Of a DNA stretch of 58,502 nucleotides, positions 54,223-58,502 are shown one piece after another. This stretch comes from Spirochaetales bacterium (lineage in GTDB: Bacteria > Spirochaetota > Spirochaetia > JAFGDJ01), in NCBI GenBank assembly GCA_016932135.1, contig JAFGDJ010000137.1, forward strand, positions 1 to 58,502, given 5' to 3'. A program made the position numbers and the translations under genes. Below the pieces are notes generated by a model, which saw only the letters and a program-made list of their open reading frames with translations, had not been told where the DNA came from and ran no database searches. The number at the start of each line of letters is the position of its first letter. Within the stretch, counting starts at the first letter, position 1.

Positions 54223-55248
54223 TTAATTCCTCGGAATGCCGAAATCAGCCGGAGACTTGGTCGCCACACCGGCGTCGTAGAGGAGCCAGGTCGTGGTGGG
54301 TTTCCAGTTATTCACCACTTCCCAGAATTCGTCCCCCGTCTGTCCCATAATTTCGATATACACCTTGTCGGCGAATTCCTTCCACCGAGGATCGGCGCAG
54401 GCCTTGGATGCCGCGTCGGTGAGTATATTCACGATGCTCTCCGGGGTATCCTTATGCACCAGGATCATCACCATGACACCGTAGGGCATAACAGGTTGAA
54501 ATGAGGGTACCTGGGCTCCCAGAGCGGGAACTTCATCCAGAATCTTTTCGTTTGAGAAGGTAGCCAGGAGTTTCACCTTTCCCGCCTTGTAATTTTCCAT
54601 AACGGAGATGAGAGGGTTAAAGGCTACATCCACATGCCCGCCTAACAGGGCGGCGACTACCGCGGCTCCTCCGCCAAAGGGTACGATATTGAAATCCGCG
54701 CCGCTGTACTTCGAGAACAACAAAGCTGAAACATGTCCCAGGGAACCGGGACCGGCAAAACCGGAGATAATCTTTCCGGGCCGGGCCTTGGCGTCGGCAA
54801 TGAGCTCCTCCACCGTATTCCAGGGAGCATCTGCACTGACGTAGCAGGTGGGAGTGAGACTGGACATCATGATAATCGGCTGAAAATCGGTCACATCCAT
54901 ATCCGAAATACCCATAACGTTCCAGGTACCGCAGGATTCAGTGGTGGTAACCAGAAGGGTATAGCCGTCCGCCGGTTTTCCCATGACGTACTGACTGCCG
55001 ATGGCACCGCTGGCCCCTTCCTTGTTCTGGACATAGATCTTCGATCCTCCGAGCTGTTCTTCCAGCAGGGGCAGAAAGTTCCGCGCGATATTATCGGTAA
55101 GCCCGCCGGCTCCCCAGGTGATAACCGCTTCGATCTCTTGCGTGGGATACGCCACGACTTCCTCTTCCGCTTCCCCTCCGGCGAAAACCATGGCGGCTGC
55201 CATAAGGATGAATAAAACGGAAAGAGCAATCCTTGTAAAATTTTTCAT
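54223..55248 (-). CDS. tctC: tripartite tricarboxylate transporter substrate-binding protein TctC (Bug family)
   Basis: Signal peptide, then YPTQEIEAVITWGAGGLTDNIAR...QNKEGASGAIG. ATG 55248 has GGGAGG upstream. Confidence 0.85.
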   Translation of the reverse strand: MKNFTRIALSVLFILMAAAMVFAGGEAEEEVVAYPTQEIEAVITWGAGGLTDNIARNFLPLLEEQLGGSKIYVQNKEGASGAIGSQYVMGKPADGYTLLVTTTESCGTWNVMGISDMDVTDFQPIIMMSSLTPTCYVSADAPWNTVEELIADAKARPGKIISGFAGPGSLGHVSALLFSKYSGADFNIVPFGGGAAVVAALLGGHVDVAFNPLISVMENYKAGKVKLLATFSNEKILDEVPALGAQVPSFQPVMPYGVMVMILVHKDTPESIVNILTDAASKACADPRWKEFADKVYIEIMGQTGDEFWEVVNNWKPTTTWLLYDAGVATKSPADFGIPRN

Positions 55249-55297
55249 ATGAACCTCCCTTGTATCATCAGTGATATAACACCACCGGATGTACACT

Positions 55298-56872
55298 TTA
55301 ATTGGGTTTTTCATTCTTTTTCCGTTGCCGGAAAAGGGAGAAAACCCGGTTTACCATTTTTTTTCTGCCCGACCGGAAGCCGGGCACCTGGTCGAGGATC
55401 TGCAACAGGGCAAAGGCAAAAATAACCAGGGCAATGGGCCGTGAAAAAAGCATCCCCAGGATATCTCCCTCGGATATCATGGATACCCGCCGCATTTCTC
55501 CGTCGGCCATACCCCCCAGAACAAGGCCGATAACCACCGGCCCAACGGGAAATTTAATCAGTTTAAAGAAGTAACCCACCAGCCCGGCGACCACCATAAT
55601 CACAATGTCGAAAACCGAATTCCTGATGGCATAGGCACCGACAAAACAGAGAACCGACACAATGGGCATCAGCGTTTCAGGCCGGACGGAAAGGACTTTC
55701 GGAAAATATTTTGTCACCAATAGTCCCAGGAAAAGAAACAAGAAGTTCGCCAGAACAAGCAGAATGATGATGAACCAGAAGAAATTTTGACTGTTCACCA
55801 TCATCAAGGGGCCCGGTTGCATACCGTGAACGATAAAGGCTCCCATCATCACCGCCGTCACGGCGTCTCCGGGAATTCCCAAGGTCAGCAGCGGGATCAT
55901 GGCTCCACCGATCATGGCGTTATTGGCTACCTCGGGGGCCACTACCCCTTCGTAAGCCCCCTCTCCAAAGGGAGCGGAGGGATGTTTCACCGTTTTTTTC
56001 GCGCTGTCATAGGCTAAAAACGAGGCGATGGTTCCCCCTACCCCCGGCAAGGCTCCAATCCAGGCACCTAGAATCGAGGAACGAATAATCAAGGGAATCA
56101 TCTTGAGAAAGGTTTTAAGCTTAGGGAGAACCTTTCCCAGCTGGTCAATAGCCTTGTGTTGATGGGAGGGCGTTCGCATTTGCACAATCACTTCCGAAAG
56201 TCCGAAGAACCCTATGAGGCTGGGGATAAGGCCTATGCCCGAGAGCAGGTTCATACTGCCGAAGGTAAACCGGGGTATGCCGTACACCGGGTCCATCCCC
56301 ACGGTAGATAAGAGCAGGCCGAAAAGCCCGGCGAGAATCGCCTTTAAAAAAGAGCCTTCTGAAAGGTTCCCTATAGTGATAAGCCCTAGGGTAATAAGCC
56401 CTAAATACTCAAAGGGACCGAATTTCAGAGCAATAACCGATATGGGAGGAGCGAAGGCCGCCAGGAAAAAAACCCCGATAAGCCCGCCGATGAAGGAACC
56501 GATCCTCGCCAGGCCTAAGGCCATGGCGGCTTTTCCCTGCCTGGCCAGGGGATACCCGTCGAAGCCAGTGCAAATTGCTCCGGGAGCGCCGGGAATATTC
56601 AACAGCACCGCCGAAATGGAACCGCCGAAGACACCACCGCAGTACACCCCGATGATCATCGCCATGGCGTATTCCATGGACCAGCTGAAGGTCAGGGACA
56701 CCAGGAGAGCCGTCGCCATGGTGACCGAAAGCCCAGGAAGGGCGCCGATGAGAACACCGCTTAGACTTCCCAAAGCGGTCAGGAGAAGAACATTCAAATC
56801 CATGGCACTCTTCAAGGCTTCACCGAACAACGCGTTACCTCCCGTAAACGTTTTCTCAATTTTAGCCCCCAT
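55298..56872 (-). CDS. tctA: tripartite tricarboxylate transporter large permease TctA
   Basis: 524 aa, about 12 TMs; GALPGLSVTMATALL and GALPGVGGTIASFLAY repeats are typical of TctA. Confidence 0.88.
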   Translation of the reverse strand: MGAKIEKTFTGGNALFGEALKSAMDLNVLLLTALGSLSGVLIGALPGLSVTMATALLVSLTFSWSMEYAMAMIIGVYCGGVFGGSISAVLLNIPGAPGAICTGFDGYPLARQGKAAMALGLARIGSFIGGLIGVFFLAAFAPPISVIALKFGPFEYLGLITLGLITIGNLSEGSFLKAILAGLFGLLLSTVGMDPVYGIPRFTFGSMNLLSGIGLIPSLIGFFGLSEVIVQMRTPSHQHKAIDQLGKVLPKLKTFLKMIPLIIRSSILGAWIGALPGVGGTIASFLAYDSAKKTVKHPSAPFGEGAYEGVVAPEVANNAMIGGAMIPLLTLGIPGDAVTAVMMGAFIVHGMQPGPLMMVNSQNFFWFIIILLVLANFLFLFLGLLVTKYFPKVLSVRPETLMPIVSVLCFVGAYAIRNSVFDIVIMVVAGLVGYFFKLIKFPVGPVVIGLVLGGMADGEMRRVSMISEGDILGMLFSRPIALVIFAFALLQILDQVPGFRSGRKKMVNRVFSLFRQRKKNEKPN

Positions 56873-56932
56873 ATTTCCATTATGTCAAGGATTTTTTGCT
56901 TTTTTAGTGTTTTTTTCGGAATATTTTTGTTT

Positions 56933-58009
56933 TTAAGTAAACGTTTTCTGCACGGTAGACTGTCTTATTTCTAATTTGACATCAATCAGCTTATCTTGAG
57001 CTTCCTCTCCCAGAATGACCTGATTCAGCCGCTCGACGGCTTCAACGCCTACCCGGTACATATCGTGGACTACCGCTGTGGTGGGCGTGGCCAATAATTC
57101 CCCGGTACTTGAATCGTCCAGGCTGATTAAAGAAATATCTTCAGGAATTCTGATACCCTGCTCCTGGCAGAAGCGATACACTCCGCGGGCGACAAAACAG
57201 TTAGGCACTATCAGGGCGTCCAGATCGGTCAACCGTCCAACTATTTCCCTGGAAGATACATAACCGCTTTCCGCGTCAAAACCGCAGAAGATCAGGAGTG
57301 CTTCTTGTATCTTCTCCCCTTCCTCCAACAAAGCCCCCCGGTAGCCCCTCAGCCTGTCCAGCGTGGAGAAGGATCCGCTCAAAGGAGTATCTATCGAAGC
57401 GATCATGGACGGGTAATCGGGGAAAGGCGGCTTTTCCCAGAAGCCGGCAAAGAAACCGATATACTTTCGTCCGAGGTTTAACAGATAACGGGTGGCGAGA
57501 TAACCGGCTTTCTCATCATTGGTACTTACATGAGGCATTCCCTGGATCACTCTGCGGCGTCCCGCTATTACCAGGGGAAGGTGCCGCAGGATTTCCAGTT
57601 CCTCCAGGAACGGACCGGCGGCCACAGGACAATAAATCAACCCGTCGATCATGTAATTGGAGAGCTTGATCAGGAATTCCTTTTCGGTGCTGGACTTCCC
57701 TTCCACCGTCCCGACAACCACCATCTGGCCATACTCGTCGGCCTTATCGATAGCCCCGTTGACGATACTGCTGAAATAGGCCAGGGAAAGTTTCGGCACA
57801 ACGATACCTAAAAGCCCCGAAGTCTTGCTTCTCATATACCGGGCCGCCGGTGAAGGACGATACCCTAAAGACTCAGCCGTATGCATGACTTTTTCCGCCA
57901 GGGCTTCATCCACACTGGTATTGCCGTTTAATACTCTGGATACCGTAGCGGTGGACACCCCGGCCAGGCGGGCAATGTCTCTGATCCCGGTTACTCGCTT
58001 TTTTGACAT
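56933..58009 (-). CDS. LacI-family transcriptional regulator
   Basis: HTH IRDIARLAGVSTATVSRVLNG plus a periplasmic-binding-fold effector domain. Confidence 0.9.
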   Translation of the reverse strand: MSKKRVTGIRDIARLAGVSTATVSRVLNGNTSVDEALAEKVMHTAESLGYRPSPAARYMRSKTSGLLGIVVPKLSLAYFSSIVNGAIDKADEYGQMVVVGTVEGKSSTEKEFLIKLSNYMIDGLIYCPVAAGPFLEELEILRHLPLVIAGRRRVIQGMPHVSTNDEKAGYLATRYLLNLGRKYIGFFAGFWEKPPFPDYPSMIASIDTPLSGSFSTLDRLRGYRGALLEEGEKIQEALLIFCGFDAESGYVSSREIVGRLTDLDALIVPNCFVARGVYRFCQEQGIRIPEDISLISLDDSSTGELLATPTTAVVHDMYRVGVEAVERLNQVILGEEAQDKLIDVKLEIRQSTVQKTFT

Positions 58010-58153
58010 AGCTTACTCCCTCACGTAGGTCTATCATAGTACAAGGCATCCCTTTTGAAAACCTGTGGCAAGGAACTCTTTTTCGCTTTGATTCATTTTA
58101 TTATCGCTAAAATGTAGAAAATGCCCCTGTTTCCTTATATACTTCATTCTGTG

Positions 58154-58502
58154 ATGAAAGAAATAGGCGGGAAAAAAACCATTCTCCTGGTGGATGATGA
58201 AGCCATTGTCACAATGCATGAGACTGCCCTGCTGCGGAAGCACGGTTATGCGGTTATAAACGCGGAAAACAGTTCTGAAGCCCTGGAAATGCTGAAAAAT
58301 CATCATGTAGACTTGATTCTTCTGGATCTCGACCTGGGACGGGATTCTCCCGACGGCACGAAAACGGCTGAAAGGATTCTTCAGGAATGGGATCTGCCCA
58401 TTGTCTTTCTGACCGGCCACGCGGAACGGGAAATGGTGGATAAAGTAAAGGGAATCCCCCGGTACGGCTATGTTCTGAAGAACGCGGGAGAATTTGTCCT
58501 CC
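58154..58502 (+). CDS. response-regulator receiver domain protein, 5' part; runs off right edge
   Basis: Not in the ORF track. ATG 58154 gives MKEIGGKKTILLVDDEAIVTMHETALLRKHGYAVINAENSSEALEML..VDLILLDLDLG...PIVFLTGH, open to the window end. The listed minus ORF 58034-58420 is its antisense shadow. Confidence 0.8.
   Translation, partial: MKEIGGKKTILLVDDEAIVTMHETALLRKHGYAVINAENSSEALEMLKNHHVDLILLDLDLGRDSPDGTKTAERILQEWDLPIVFLTGHAEREMVDKVKGIPRYGYVLKNAGEFVL

Noticed and set aside
56873-56932. Phased T/A tracts between lacI stop and tctA start, and a TTGACA on the minus strand
   Set aside because: The TTGACA lies only about 10 nt from the tctA ATG, so it cannot serve as its -35. The tract phasing is approximate. 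This may simply be an AT-rich spacer or UP-like element.
56214-56936. 240-aa plus-strand ORF
   Set aside because: It is antisense to tctA and has shadow-ORF composition.
58034-58420. 128-aa minus-strand ORF at right edge
   Set aside because: The opposite strand encodes a textbook receiver domain (LLVDDE...LILLDLDLG...), and the minus ORF has no recognisable features.
1-58502. Looked for CRISPR arrays, rRNA and tRNA genes
   Set aside because: No regularly spaced direct repeats of 25-40 nt. The intergenic gaps are all 235 nt or shorter, and none shows a cloverleaf-like or rRNA-like sequence. This is a by-eye scan only, not a covariance-model search.

Overview
This 58.5-kb window is densely coding chromosomal DNA from a diderm bacterium. 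It encodes OmpA-, TolC- and TctABC-type envelope proteins and many lipobox lipoproteins; the gene content looks Spirochaetes-like, but I cannot verify that without a search. I found no rRNA, tRNA or CRISPR array by eye.

Most of the window is ordinary core gene content:
- typA, panE, an AI-2E transporter and a serine hydrolase.
- sppA next to a two-component system, divergent from an MFP/ABC/FtsX/FtsX/TolC efflux operon.
- livJHMGF.
- A creD / creBC-like locus, sixA, and nfeD with two SPFH paralogues.
- A sugar-type ABC locus with a fused MalF-MalG permease.
- PadR with a split permease, and a PAS-GGDEF-EAL protein.
- Chorismate mutase, aroA, tctACB with a LacI regulator.

Two real genes run off the window edges and are missing from the ORF track: an amidohydrolase at 1-980 (-) and a receiver domain at 58154-58502 (+).

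The unusual part is a visibly AT-richer accessory stretch (about 26.0-31.3 kb) downstream of livF:
- It carries a CxxC lipoprotein, an Old-Yellow-Enzyme reductase, a solitary HUH/Y1 (IS200-like, RAYT-like) transposase homologue, and two uncharacterised envelope proteins.
- Within 4.2 kb of it, the word GGGGACAGAG(GAA) occurs eight times. Five are exact 13-mers.
- One pair of copies forms a REPIN-like inverted doublet directly upstream of the transposase-like gene.
- Four of the five copies inside genes sit in the same reading frame.

I interpret this as a candidate RAYT/REP-type or cassette-recombination system. That reading is inference and needs genome-wide and long-read checks.
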